In this document: positions 47,025-57,101 of the stretch, one piece after another
Numbering within the stretch: position 1 is the first letter of the stretch
How the letters are laid out: the number at the start of each line of letters is the position of its first letter
Source: Parcubacteria group bacterium
Lineage (GTDB): Bacteria; Patescibacteriota; Minisyncoccia; Moranbacterales; UBA2206
Length of the DNA: 64,000 nucleotides
Reading direction: 5' to 3'
Assembly: GCA_041664225.1 (NCBI GenBank)
Contig: JBAYLE010000003.1
Span: 15,608-79,607 of the forward strand
Made by a program: the position numbers and the translations under genes
Notes under the pieces: generated by a model
What the model was told of the DNA's origin: nothing
Databases searched by the model: none
The model's input: the letters and a program-made list of their open reading frames with translations, nothing else

Positions 47025-47876
47025 ATGAAGAGCAAGAAAAAAAAGAAAAAAATTGTAGTGGCCGTTAGCGGCGGTTTTGATCCGATCCATGCCGGACATG
47101 TAAGAATGTTTAAAGAAGCTAAGGCTTTGGGTGATGAACTGGTAGTAATATTGAATAACGACAACTGGTTCAGCATAAAAGGACGGACGCTTTTCATGCC
47201 TGGAAAAGAACGAAAAGAAATAATTGAAGCGCTCAAGCCGGTGGATCGTGTTATTTTAAGTAAACACAAGCCTTCCAAGAAAAAATACGACAGAACTACG
47301 ATCGAATATAGCGTATGCCGCGAGCTAGAAGAATTAAAACCGGATATTTTTGCTAATGGGGGCGACCGCTTTAAAGATGATGTTCCAGAAGTTGCTACTT
47401 GTAAAAAAATTGGCTGTAAAACAGTTTTCAATATTGGCAAAGGAGGGAAGGTGCAATCTAGCTCTTGGCTTCTGGAAAAATATCTGAAAAAGGCAAGTGA
47501 TAAATCTGAAAATCGGCCTTGGGGAAAGTTTGAAGTATATGTAGACGACACAAATCACAAGGTAAAAAAACTCACTGTTTCCCCGGGCGCTAAATTAAGC
47601 TTGCAATCTCACAAAAAGCGCGCGGAACACTGGGTGGTTGTCAAGGGAACTGCCAAAGTAGTCAACGGTGAAAATATGCTGACAATCCATGAAAACGAAA
47701 GTACCTACATTCCTGCCGGCACCAAGCATCAACTTACAAACCCGGGAAAGGCATCCTTGGAGGTAATCGAGGTTCAAACCGGAAGTTATTTTGGCGAGGA
47801 TGATATAATCCGTTACCATGATGAGTATGGACGTATGAGTGGCATGTCTTCTACAGAAAAAGTTGACAAAAAATAG
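47025..47876 (+). CDS. Fusion of a cytidylyltransferase-like nucleotidyltransferase domain and a cupin (mannose-6-phosphate-isomerase type II C-terminal-like) domain
   Basis: N-terminal VSGGFDPIHAGHVRMF (HxGH NTase motif); C-terminal cupin RPWGKFEVY...QSHKKRAEHWVVVKGTAKV...IPAGTKHQLTN. Confidence 0.6.
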   Translation: MKSKKKKKKIVVAVSGGFDPIHAGHVRMFKEAKALGDELVVILNNDNWFSIKGRTLFMPGKERKEIIEALKPVDRVILSKHKPSKKKYDRTTIEYSVCRELEELKPDIFANGGDRFKDDVPEVATCKKIGCKTVFNIGKGGKVQSSSWLLEKYLKKASDKSENRPWGKFEVYVDDTNHKVKKLTVSPGAKLSLQSHKKRAEHWVVVKGTAKVVNGENMLTIHENESTYIPAGTKHQLTNPGKASLEVIEVQTGSYFGEDDIIRYHDEYGRMSGMSSTEKVDKK

Positions 47877-48076
47877 TTTTGGGTGTATAATTAAAGGTAA
47901 TAAAGTCACTTCTTAATATTTTCCTTTATTTAAGGCTTTCTTCTTCTCAATATCTCTAAGAAATTTTCTTTTCTATTGTTTTTCATCTTTTTTATTATTT
48001 TATCGTCTTTTAATTTACTTTAATCAGCCTGCTATCTTTCGCGATATACATTCGCGTTAATTAGCGAACCTAATTT

Positions 48077-49900
48077 ATGTTTAAAAAAACTACGGCTTCT
48101 TCGCCTTTGGTTCGTCCAAGCGAAGCCGCCAAACCACAACCAAGCGCGCCTATGGGACATAGGATCAGCAGCTATCCTAAGGCGTCCCCCCTAAGAAACA
48201 GTTCTCCGTCTACTAATAGGCAGGCGTCTTTTGGCGGCAATTTACGCGTCATCCCTTTGGGGGGCCTCGAAGAAGTCGGCCGCAATATGACTATCTTTGA
48301 ATATGGACAAGACATTATCATTGTCGACATGGGTCTCCAATTCCCGGATGAAGACATGCCAGGGATCGACTATATCATTCCTGACATCAGCTATCTCAAA
48401 GGCAAAGAAAAAAATATCCGCGGCGTTTTGATCACGCACGGACATTATGATCACATCGGCGCTATCCCTCATCTGATGGAGGCTTTGGGCAATCCGCCGA
48501 TTTATATGACTGAACTGACCCGCGGCATTGTTATGAAAAGACAGGATGACTATAAAGACAAGTCTCCACTTAATATCCATACCGTTAAAAAAATTGATCG
48601 CATGCGATTGGGGAGTTTCAACATCGAATTTTTCCATGTTAACCATACCATCCCCGATGCGGTCGGCATCGCCATCACCACGCCAGTTGGAACAATCATT
48701 CATACCGGCGATTTCAAATTTGATCATTCTCCAATTTCAGATGCGCCAGCCGACATCGCCAAGATTGCCCGCCTCGGCAGTGAGAATGTTCTGGCCTTGA
48801 TGTCAGACTCAACCGACTCACAGACCCCCGGCTATTCTTTGTCTGAATCAAAAATCGCCAAAACCCTGGATGATATTTTTGAACAAACTCAGGGACGTTT
48901 GATTTTTGCAACTTTTTCATCGCTCATTAGCCGTATTCAATCAGTCGTGGCCGCCGCTGAAAAACACGGCCGTAAAGTAGCCGTCGATGGCTATTCCATG
49001 CGGACTAACGTGGAAATTGCCAGAAACTTAGGTTACCTTCAGACGAAAAAAAGCACTTTCATTCCGATCAACAAGGTTAATGATTATCCGGATAATAAAG
49101 TAGCGATTCTTTGCACTGGTTCACAGGGCGAAGCCAATGCCGTGCTCATGCGCATCGTGAACGGCGAGCACCGCTTTGTAAAAGTTCATAAAGATGACAC
49201 CTTCGTTCTTTCTTCCTCGGTTATCCCCGGCAATGAAAGAACAGTACAGTCCATCATGGATACAATTTACAGAAAAGATGCCAAGGTTATTAATTACAAA
49301 ATGATGGACGTGCATGCCGGAGGGCACGCGCGCCAAGAAGACCTAAAGATGATGATCAATCTGATCCGACCGAAATATCTGATTCCGATCCATGGCAATT
49401 ATTATATGTTGAAACTGCATGGACAACTGGGGGTATCCGTCGGTATGGATCCAAAAAATATTCTGATCGGCGAAAACGGAAAGGTTATCGAATTTGATTA
49501 CCGCCAAAACGGCAAAATTACCGACGAAAAAGTTCCGACCAGTCATATCATGGTGGACGGGCTTGGCGTCGGCGACATCGGGCAAGTGGTGCTCCGCGAC
49601 CGCCAGCTTTTGGCGCAAGACGGCATGTTTGTCATTACTGTTATTATTGATAGCGATACCAAGAAAATTCTCGGTAAACCACAAGTCACTTCCCGCGGGT
49701 TCATCTTTGTCAAAGAAAATTTTGATTTGGTAAACGCCACCAAGAAAAAAGTGGAAGAGATCATCGCCCAAAAAGTTACGACCGAAACGGCCGTCAACTG
49801 GGATTATGTTAAAAACAACATCCGCGAAGCCGTCGGGTCATTCCTCTATCAAAAAACACAAAGACGGCCGATGGTGCTCCCGGTGGTGATAGAGGTGTAA
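48077..49900 (+). CDS. rnj: Ribonuclease J (metallo-beta-lactamase / beta-CASP) with an S/P-rich N-terminal extension
   Basis: LRVIPLGGLEEVGRN, HGHYDHIG, beta-CASP and C-terminal domain; first ~50 aa are low complexity. Confidence 0.85.
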   Translation: MFKKTTASSPLVRPSEAAKPQPSAPMGHRISSYPKASPLRNSSPSTNRQASFGGNLRVIPLGGLEEVGRNMTIFEYGQDIIIVDMGLQFPDEDMPGIDYIIPDISYLKGKEKNIRGVLITHGHYDHIGAIPHLMEALGNPPIYMTELTRGIVMKRQDDYKDKSPLNIHTVKKIDRMRLGSFNIEFFHVNHTIPDAVGIAITTPVGTIIHTGDFKFDHSPISDAPADIAKIARLGSENVLALMSDSTDSQTPGYSLSESKIAKTLDDIFEQTQGRLIFATFSSLISRIQSVVAAAEKHGRKVAVDGYSMRTNVEIARNLGYLQTKKSTFIPINKVNDYPDNKVAILCTGSQGEANAVLMRIVNGEHRFVKVHKDDTFVLSSSVIPGNERTVQSIMDTIYRKDAKVINYKMMDVHAGGHARQEDLKMMINLIRPKYLIPIHGNYYMLKLHGQLGVSVGMDPKNILIGENGKVIEFDYRQNGKITDEKVPTSHIMVDGLGVGDIGQVVLRDRQLLAQDGMFVITVIIDSDTKKILGKPQVTSRGFIFVKENFDLVNATKKKVEEIIAQKVTTETAVNWDYVKNNIREAVGSFLYQKTQRRPMVLPVVIEV

Positions 49901-49950
49901 TTATATTACTTTGTCATTCCGGACTTGATCCGGAATCTAATAAAATTAAA

Positions 49951-49988
49951 GGCGGACTGTGAGATTTACTCAAGCAGTCCGCTTTTTG
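49951..49988 (+). terminator. Rho-independent terminator after rnj
   Basis: ggcggactgtgagatttactcaagcagtccgc followed by ttttt. Confidence 0.7.
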
Positions 49989-50013
49989 TTTCTATCGGCC
50001 TAAGTGTGTCTTT

Positions 50014-51153
50014 TTATTTTTTCTTTTTGAACGCTTCGGCGATCTTCCGAAAAGTTTCTTCGGAAATTTTTTTTCCAAGTTGCTTATGAGCTTCGATAAC
50101 GGGGCCGATGTCACCATCGCATTTCGAGACCGAGGTTTCCAAAAGTTCATTGGCTTCGTCTTCGCGCAGCGGTCGGGAAATTACGGCGAGCAGATCAGAA
50201 ACATTATATGTTTCCTTTTGCTGTAGATAGACTTTAATCATTTTTTCAGAGTCTTTTTTCCCGAGTTTTTTCTTCAATTCTTCACAAAGATATTTTACGT
50301 TATGCATAGAACCTTCCCCAACACTAATCTTCCGGATTTTATAGAGATATCTCCTTGAAGCTCTAAGTGCAATCGCAACTCTTGACAGTCCATACAGAAT
50401 ACTTGAATCAACTATTGAGATGTATCCCCGCATCAACTGGTTGGCAACTTTTTGAGGAATCGGAATTATCTTATTAAAGTCAACCGGGTTTTGGGGGCTG
50501 TCTTTTTTAAGGCATGCCCCAAACAGAATGTCAACAAGTTTTTTATTTGATAACTTTACACCAGTTAATTGAAGGGCTGTTTGCAAACAATGTACATCGG
50601 CACGACCATCAATATATAGCTGGGCACAGTACCTCGCAACTTCTCTCTTCATCTTTTTTGTTGATTTTTTCACCAGCAATTCCATCTCGTCATCAAAAAA
50701 ATATCTCGGATGACGCGCAGATGCTTTTAGGCATAAAATCGGATCGACAATTAAAGGCGAGGGATTAAAATCTAAATACCATTCGAGATAATTGGTTTCT
50801 TTCCCTACAACATAAATACTTTTTCCGATTCTATTTATAAATCTTTTGGATATGTTTTGACCCATCTTTTTCATAGCCTTGAGCAGCTCCATGGCGGAAA
50901 AGATATACTTCCCAACCAGTATTTGTCCGCGAAGTTCGCGCCATTCTTTTTTTGTGGGAACAACCTTGGTCAGCTCTACAATATAAAAAAAGGTATCAAC
51001 CGAAGCTTTCCGCAAAGCCACTTTTTTGGCCATTCTTATTTCGCTTGTTGTGAGTCCCCTTCCTTCCGTTTCGGCTACTTCCAGGGCCTTTCTTATTTCG
51101 CCCTGACCTAAATATAAGTCGACTAATTCCTTGGCTGCCGTCTTTTTTTTCAC
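50014..51153 (-). CDS. Hypothetical protein, 379 aa, no recognisable domain
   Basis: Long ORF, lysine-rich termini, predicted mostly helical. Confidence 0.4.
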   Translation of the reverse strand: MKKKTAAKELVDLYLGQGEIRKALEVAETEGRGLTTSEIRMAKKVALRKASVDTFFYIVELTKVVPTKKEWRELRGQILVGKYIFSAMELLKAMKKMGQNISKRFINRIGKSIYVVGKETNYLEWYLDFNPSPLIVDPILCLKASARHPRYFFDDEMELLVKKSTKKMKREVARYCAQLYIDGRADVHCLQTALQLTGVKLSNKKLVDILFGACLKKDSPQNPVDFNKIIPIPQKVANQLMRGYISIVDSSILYGLSRVAIALRASRRYLYKIRKISVGEGSMHNVKYLCEELKKKLGKKDSEKMIKVYLQQKETYNVSDLLAVISRPLREDEANELLETSVSKCDGDIGPVIEAHKQLGKKISEETFRKIAEAFKKKK

Positions 51154-51351
51154 CTTGTTCCTCCTTGTTTATAGATTTTAAAGAACTTCTTGCCTATTTT
51201 TTGATTTTTGTTTTAACAAGGAATTATATTATAAAGTAGAATACTAGTCAATGATTAGGTCGTTTTTATTAAGATTAATTTATTATTTGACTTATTTTAG
51301 GCACTATACTATACTTATTTTGTTGACCCTTTTGTCGACAATTATAAAAAT

Positions 51352-52083
51352 ATGCTCGAAAGAGACCTGGAAAAATTGGGGCTAGACGACAAAGAAGCTA
51401 AAATATATTTAGCGCTTTTAGAGTTAGGGGAAGCTAATATCCAACAAATTGCCAAAAAATCAGGAGTCAAAAGAACGACTGTTTATGACATTATTGAGTC
51501 CTTGAAAGAAAAGGGGCTTTTGAGTTCAGCGACACGGCACAAAAAAATTACCTATTCCGCCGAAGATCCGAGAACGCTGGAGGAAAAATTAGACGAAAGA
51601 AAAAATACCCTAAAAAGGATTATGCCAGAACTGCTTTCCATCGCCAATGCGATGGATAAAAAACCAAAAATAAGATTCTTTGAAGGATCAGAGGGGATAA
51701 AAGAGGTTTATAAAGATACGTTAAAATACCCCTCTAGCGAACTTTTGGCTTGGGTTTCCGATGAAGCAGTAACTGTTTTTGATAAGGATTTTTTGGAGGG
51801 ATATTACTTACCAAAAAGAATTGAAAAAAAGATATGGGTCAGAGCGATTGGCACAGAGAGCACGGAGATGAAAAACTATAAAAATTTAGATGAGAAGTCT
51901 TTACGCAAAACTAAGATCATCTCTGCCAATCAATTTCCCATCCATGTTGAAATCAATCTTTATGGAAAAAATAAAATCGCCGTCATGTCTTTTTCCGAAA
52001 AAATCGGCCTCATCGTCGAAAGTCAAAAGATTTTCACCACCCTCAAAAGCATATTCGAAATGAACTGGAATTCAATTGCCTAA
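51352..52083 (+). CDS. TrmB-family transcriptional regulator
   Basis: N-terminal wHTH LGLDDKEAKIYLALLELGEANIQQIAKKSGVKRTTVYDIIESLKEKGLL. Confidence 0.7.
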   Translation: MLERDLEKLGLDDKEAKIYLALLELGEANIQQIAKKSGVKRTTVYDIIESLKEKGLLSSATRHKKITYSAEDPRTLEEKLDERKNTLKRIMPELLSIANAMDKKPKIRFFEGSEGIKEVYKDTLKYPSSELLAWVSDEAVTVFDKDFLEGYYLPKRIEKKIWVRAIGTESTEMKNYKNLDEKSLRKTKIISANQFPIHVEINLYGKNKIAVMSFSEKIGLIVESQKIFTTLKSIFEMNWNSIA

Positions 52084-52134
52084 ATTTTAAAAATATAAAA
52101 TAATAGATCCTTCAGCCTACAAAATTTCCACAAA

Positions 52135-52284
52135 ATTCAAGCGAGCGAGCGTTAAGAAAGTTCCTTGATTCCGCCTCGGAAGCAGCCGGAACTTTTAGCT
52201 CGCAAGTGCATAATTTTGTCGGAAATTTTGTCTGGCTGAGAGTTCTTTTTGTTACTTTTTCTTGCGGAAAGAAAAAGTAAGGGG
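52135..52284 (+). repeat. Copy C of the structured repeat family (lacks the 5' arm), immediately upstream of trpS
   Basis: attcaagcgagcgagcgttaagaaa, ttccgcctcggaagcagcc loop flanked by agttcc/ggaact, cttgcggaaagaaaaagtaagg 3' end. Confidence 0.65.
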
Positions 52285-52325
52285 CTGTAATTGCCTAAAA
52301 CACTCCTTTACGCTAGAATAAATTT

Positions 52326-53306
52326 ATGAACAAGAGAATCTTTTCCGGCGTGCAGCCGAGCGGAAACCTGCATATTGGCAACTATTTGGGAGCCATCAAA
52401 AACTGGGTCAAACTCCAAGAGGAATATGATTCGATTTTTTGCGTGGTAGACCTGCATGCCATCACCGTTCCGCAAAATCCAGAGGAACTGCGAAAAAAGA
52501 CCCTTGAAGTTGCTAAAGTTTATCTGGCCGCCGGCATTGATCCGGAAAAATGTTCGATTTTCATCCAATCGCATGTTCCGGAGCACGCGGAGCTGGCTTG
52601 GATTTTGAATACGATTACCAAGGTTGCGGAACTGGAAAGAATGACTCAATTCAAAGACAAAACTCAAAAGAATATCGAAGGCACAGCTGTCGGACTTTTT
52701 GATTATCCTGTTCTCATGGCTTCCGACATCTTGCTTTACGACACCGACCTGGTACCAGTAGGCAAAGACCAGGTCCAGCATATTGAACTGACCAGGACTT
52801 TAGCCAACAGATTCAACAAAAAATTCGGCGAGACTTTCATAATTCCCAAGCCATACACCACAGAAGTGAGCCAGAGTATTATGGGGCTCGACGACCCTTC
52901 TAAAAAAATGTCGAAATCAGCGAGCTCTGAATACAATTACATTTCCCTTACCGACAACGCTGAAACCGTCCGCCGGAAAATAAAAAAGGCGGTGACTGAC
53001 AGTGGAACGGAAATAGTTTACCGAGATGATAAGCCGGCTTTGAAAAATTTGATCAATATTTATTCCCTCCTTTCCGAAAAATCCACCAAAGATATTGAAA
53101 AGCTGTACACAGGCAAGGGCTATGCAGATTTTAAGCAAGATTTGGCAGAGGTTATTATTGCCTTTTTAAAGCCTTTCCAAGAAAGGTTGGGGGATCTGTC
53201 TGATGAAAAAGTTCTGGAAATCTTGAAAGCTGGCGCGGAAAAAGTCCGCCCGTTAGCAAAGAAGAAGCTAGAGGAAGTGAAAAAAAAGGTGGGTTTTATA
53301 TTGTAA
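52326..53306 (+). CDS. trpS: Tryptophan--tRNA ligase
   Basis: HIGH-type motif PSGNLHIGNY and KMSKS. Confidence 0.9.
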   Translation: MNKRIFSGVQPSGNLHIGNYLGAIKNWVKLQEEYDSIFCVVDLHAITVPQNPEELRKKTLEVAKVYLAAGIDPEKCSIFIQSHVPEHAELAWILNTITKVAELERMTQFKDKTQKNIEGTAVGLFDYPVLMASDILLYDTDLVPVGKDQVQHIELTRTLANRFNKKFGETFIIPKPYTTEVSQSIMGLDDPSKKMSKSASSEYNYISLTDNAETVRRKIKKAVTDSGTEIVYRDDKPALKNLINIYSLLSEKSTKDIEKLYTGKGYADFKQDLAEVIIAFLKPFQERLGDLSDEKVLEILKAGAEKVRPLAKKKLEEVKKKVGFIL

Positions 53307-53322
53307 AAATTTTTAAACTACC

Positions 53323-53522
53323 ATCGAGCATGTAAAATATGCTACTACAAATTGAAGCTTTTGAGCGTTAAGAAATTTTTAGGTCCGCCTCGGGGCAACC
53401 AAAAATTTTAGTGAAAAAGCTGAAAATTTGTTAGCATGTTTTGCCTGCTCGGACTTTTCTTTGTAACTTTCTTTTCCTAGAAAAGAAAGTTAGATCAGTA
53501 CTTGCGGAAAGAAAAAGTAAGG
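53323..53522 (+). repeat. Copy B of the structured repeat family, between trpS and the GT39 gene; its 3' end supplies the AAGGA RBS
   Basis: atcgagcatgtaaaatat, gcgttaagaaa, ggtccgcctcggggcaacc, cctgctcggacttttcttt, ttttcctagaaaagaaag, cttgcggaaagaaaaagtaagg. Confidence 0.7.
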
Positions 53523-53529
53523 AAAAGTT

Positions 53530-55062
53530 ATGCTAAAAGAAAAATTTAAAAAACTTAATTCCAAGTTTGAGCCCTATTATCTTTGGCTCATTTTAATTTT
53601 AGCTGCCGTCCTGCGCTTGCGCAATCTGGCCTATCGAGATTTTTGGTATGACGAAGCCTTCACTGGCGTCGCCGTCAAGGAAAAATTTAGCGATATGATC
53701 CAAATGATCATTAATGACGTCCACCCGCCACTCTATTACGCGTCTTTAAAATTGTTCGCTTCTTTTTTCGATTATAGCGTTTATGGTATCCGCTTATTTT
53801 CAGCTATTTTCGGCATTCTAGCTGTCTGGGCAGCCTATCTCTTCGCCAAAGAACTATGTGGCAAGCGAGCTGGGCTCTTCGCCGGATTTATAACCGCCAT
53901 CGCGCCTTTTGCTATTCAGTATTCCCAAGAAGCACGCATGTACACCATGCTTTCATTCTTTCTTTTGATTTCTGCCTATTTTTTTCTAAGAGCGCTTAAA
54001 AATAACTCGACCAAAAACTATGTCTTTTGGGGAATTTTTCTGGGCCTAGCTTGCCTTACCCATTATATGGGCGTAGTTTTTTCCGCGACTTTCTATTTAG
54101 CCTATTTGGTTTGGAATATTTTTGAAGAAGAAGAAACGAACAAAAAGTTTGATTTGAGGTCCCTGAAAAAATTTATACCTAACAAGAGCGTACTCATTGG
54201 ATATTTTTTTGCTTTTTTAGTATTTTCATTTTGGGTAAAAAGATTTTATTATCACATGATGGACTTGGGTGACAATTTACATTGGGTGCGTCCGGCCAAT
54301 CTGGGCGATGTTTTCTGGAGCGTGCAGATGTTTCTTTTCGGAACACCAGTCGGGGAAATGTCTTCCGGTATGCCAAACCCTAACACTTTTTATATAATTT
54401 CTCAGACCTCAGTTTTGAGCGGGCTGACAATTTTGTTTACCGCGATTATAATCTTTTTATTTTTCAGAGATCGTAAAAAAACCGCCACATTGCTTGTCTT
54501 TTCTTTCGGCTTCATCGGCATCGTCTATATAATGTCCTTATTTAACGAGCAATATTTTGTCGCCCGCTATCTGATGCCAGCCGCGTATTTTATTTATATT
54601 TTGTTAGGCGTTTGGCTTTCTCAAGTTCACTGGCGCTATGTGGCTTCAGCGCTGGCTCTTTATGGAATCTTACTGGCCTTTGTCACTCATCTCGGTTTTT
54701 CCACTGGCTGGAATATTTTGCAAAAAAATACCGCTAAATACAAAGATAGTGATTTTTATATCACGACCTCTTTTGACTATGTGATTGCTAAATATTATTT
54801 GGGCGCGGATAGACTGACTTTGTATAATCTTGATTGGCCAGCATATAACCCCAGTTATTGGGCAGCTATCGGCCCCAGCCTCAAACGCGCCGAAAGTTTT
54901 AATACGATTTTGAATGATCCCAACGCTTTGATAATTTCCAATATGCCGCTCAACAAAAAAACCAGCACCGATCCAACTTTCGATGCCAAAAAGTTTAAGC
55001 TGGTTGATTATTACAATAATATTTTTGTTTACAAAATAGACCCGGGATCTTCCAACCCTTGA
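53530..55062 (+). CDS. Glycosyltransferase family 39 / ArnT-PMT-like polyprenyl-phosphate-sugar-dependent transferase
   Basis: First-loop DE motif RDFWYDEAF, HPPLYY, ~10 TM helices. Confidence 0.7.
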   Translation: MLKEKFKKLNSKFEPYYLWLILILAAVLRLRNLAYRDFWYDEAFTGVAVKEKFSDMIQMIINDVHPPLYYASLKLFASFFDYSVYGIRLFSAIFGILAVWAAYLFAKELCGKRAGLFAGFITAIAPFAIQYSQEARMYTMLSFFLLISAYFFLRALKNNSTKNYVFWGIFLGLACLTHYMGVVFSATFYLAYLVWNIFEEEETNKKFDLRSLKKFIPNKSVLIGYFFAFLVFSFWVKRFYYHMMDLGDNLHWVRPANLGDVFWSVQMFLFGTPVGEMSSGMPNPNTFYIISQTSVLSGLTILFTAIIIFLFFRDRKKTATLLVFSFGFIGIVYIMSLFNEQYFVARYLMPAAYFIYILLGVWLSQVHWRYVASALALYGILLAFVTHLGFSTGWNILQKNTAKYKDSDFYITTSFDYVIAKYYLGADRLTLYNLDWPAYNPSYWAAIGPSLKRAESFNTILNDPNALIISNMPLNKKTSTDPTFDAKKFKLVDYYNNIFVYKIDPGSSNP

Positions 55063-55086
55063 CAATTTGGTTTTTATTGACCATAG

Positions 55087-55437
55087 TTGGTACAAAGAAG
55101 AGACTTACTTATCAATTTTTCAAAAGGCTTTCCAAGAAAGCCGGAAAGGAGGCAGTTCTTGAACAATAACGAGAAGTATATAGGAGAAAAGATTGAGTAT
55201 AAAAAGATCTTTGAAAGAGGTCGGCCAGTTTTGAATAAGAACGGCGTATCATACCTAAAACCAAAACGCTTGAAAGCAAGTACCCCCAGACACACCAGCT
55301 ATAAGGATAACTCCGTGAGTATGGTGCAGGAAGCAAGGGCTTCATCCATCCAGACTGAGCCTGAAATAGTTTCAAAGCCCATCGGAATGATTAAATCTTT
55401 TTTTGCTCAAATTAAATTGCTTCTATGGGGATTTTAA
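55087..55437 (+). CDS. Hypothetical basic protein (doubtful gene)
   Basis: 116-aa ORF in an otherwise empty 500-bp interval; no motifs. Confidence 0.2.
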   Translation: MVQRRDLLINFSKGFPRKPERRQFLNNNEKYIGEKIEYKKIFERGRPVLNKNGVSYLKPKRLKASTPRHTSYKDNSVSMVQEARASSIQTEPEIVSKPIGMIKSFFAQIKLLLWGF

Positions 55438-55469
55438 AACGAGGCTATCCAGCGTATTGTGGATGCCTC

Positions 55470-55548
55470 GTTATTTATTGTCGAACAAAGCGAGAGAAAT
55501 AGACGCCACTGACGGACATTTCCGAGCGAGTGCTGACAACAAATTTTG
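55470..55548. repeat. Hairpin-bounded ~80-nt element, copy 2
   Basis: tattgtcgaacaaagcgagagaaata...cgagtgctgacaacaaatttt matches 31873-31930. Confidence 0.55.
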
Positions 55549-55564
55549 TTTTATAATTCCACTA

Positions 55565-56986
55565 TTAATCTAAACTTTCAACATTTACCCCAAAGCTCCA
55601 ATCAACATCTGAATGGGCATGCAGTAATTGGCTGAGATATTTTTTGAGTTCATCATATTTTTCTTGTGTTTGCGCTTCGAATTTTATAGTCAGATAGGGA
55701 CCATTTTGGGAATAGCGCACTACAAACATTGAGTCAGGTAGGTCAAGACGCACACCATCACCAGCTCTCTCGTCATCAATTATTTCGGCCTGCGGATAGT
55801 CTTTTTTTAGAATCTCACTAATTTTTGCGATAAAATGAGCTTTTTTATCATCCGCACATCCAATTTTTATCTCCGGGCTGGAAATATATTTCGGAAGATA
55901 ATCAACAACTTCTGACAGCGATTTGCCTGATTTGGCCAAATAGCTTAATAAACGAAATGTCGAATAAACTCCATCATCATGATTATAGAAGTCCGCTGAA
56001 AAAAAGAAGTGACCTGAAAGCTCACCAATAAAGGCGGCTTTCACTTCCTGGTTTTTCTTTTTCAAAAAGGAATGCCCGGTTCGCCACATAAACGGTACAC
56101 CGCCGCTTTTTTTAATCGTGTCTTCGACCACTTTTGAGCAAAGCGTGTTATACATTATTTTTTCTCCAGGATGATCGGCCAAAACATCAGCCGCGAATAT
56201 GGCCACTAATACATCATTCCAGATTATTCCCCCTTTGTCATCGACAATACCGACTCGATCTCCGTCTGCATCGTAAGAAAAACCGACGTCCGCCCTCTCT
56301 TCCAGAACTTTTGCTCGCAATCTTTCTGCCACGAATACTTCTGTCGGATCAGGCGTACCCAAAGGAAAAGCGGGGTCAATTTTGCAATTGCTTTCCACAA
56401 CCTCGCAACCAGCCTGACGCAAAAATTCCGGCACAATGGCTCCAGCTGTCGAATTTCCCGGGTCAACAACTACCTTAAATTTTTTGCCCAGCGGAATGCG
56501 CTTAGATATGTCGTTAAAATAATCTTGTGAAATATTTTTCTTTTCAATAATTCCTTCTTTTTCACCCTGTTCATAATCTTCATTTTCTACCATTTTGCGT
56601 AATTCCTGAATTCCATCACTCACCATAGTTTCCGAAAAATCATTGGCAAATTTGAACCCATTATATTCCGCCGGATTATGTGAAGCAGTGACATACGCTC
56701 CCCCCTTTGCATTTAAAAAATATTGCGCCCAATAAAAAGTTCCGACTAAAGTCATGCCGATATCAACAACATCGATTCCTGCCCAAGATAAGCCTCTGAT
56801 TAAAAATTGACTGTATTCCTCGCTAGTTGACCGACAATCCCTGCCAACAATGGCCCTGGAAATGCCATGCCGCTTCAAATAAGTTCCGTGTGCTTTCCCT
56901 AAATGTTCAACTATTTCGGGATTTAAATCTTTATCGACTACACCCCTAAGATCATAGCCCCGAAACATATTTGGATTTACTTGCAT
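55565..56986 (-). CDS. Phosphomannomutase/phosphoglucomutase (alpha-D-phosphohexomutase)
   Basis: Active-site TASHNP, metal-binding DADGDR, sugar-binding GELSGH. Confidence 0.85.
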   Translation of the reverse strand: MQVNPNMFRGYDLRGVVDKDLNPEIVEHLGKAHGTYLKRHGISRAIVGRDCRSTSEEYSQFLIRGLSWAGIDVVDIGMTLVGTFYWAQYFLNAKGGAYVTASHNPAEYNGFKFANDFSETMVSDGIQELRKMVENEDYEQGEKEGIIEKKNISQDYFNDISKRIPLGKKFKVVVDPGNSTAGAIVPEFLRQAGCEVVESNCKIDPAFPLGTPDPTEVFVAERLRAKVLEERADVGFSYDADGDRVGIVDDKGGIIWNDVLVAIFAADVLADHPGEKIMYNTLCSKVVEDTIKKSGGVPFMWRTGHSFLKKKNQEVKAAFIGELSGHFFFSADFYNHDDGVYSTFRLLSYLAKSGKSLSEVVDYLPKYISSPEIKIGCADDKKAHFIAKISEILKKDYPQAEIIDDERAGDGVRLDLPDSMFVVRYSQNGPYLTIKFEAQTQEKYDELKKYLSQLLHAHSDVDWSFGVNVESLD

Positions 56987-57101
56987 AATATTTCTTTAAT
57001 TTTTACTTCTCTATTTTACCATCCTGGCCAAAAGCCTTCAAGCTATTGATAAAAGCCTTTAGATGCTATAAACTTCAAATATTGTTTAAGTAAAAAAACT
57101 C

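Noticed and set aside
52090-52325. T-box riboswitch upstream of trpS
   Set aside because: No T-box consensus and no specifier/antiterminator arrangement. The leader is instead occupied by copy C of the repeat family.
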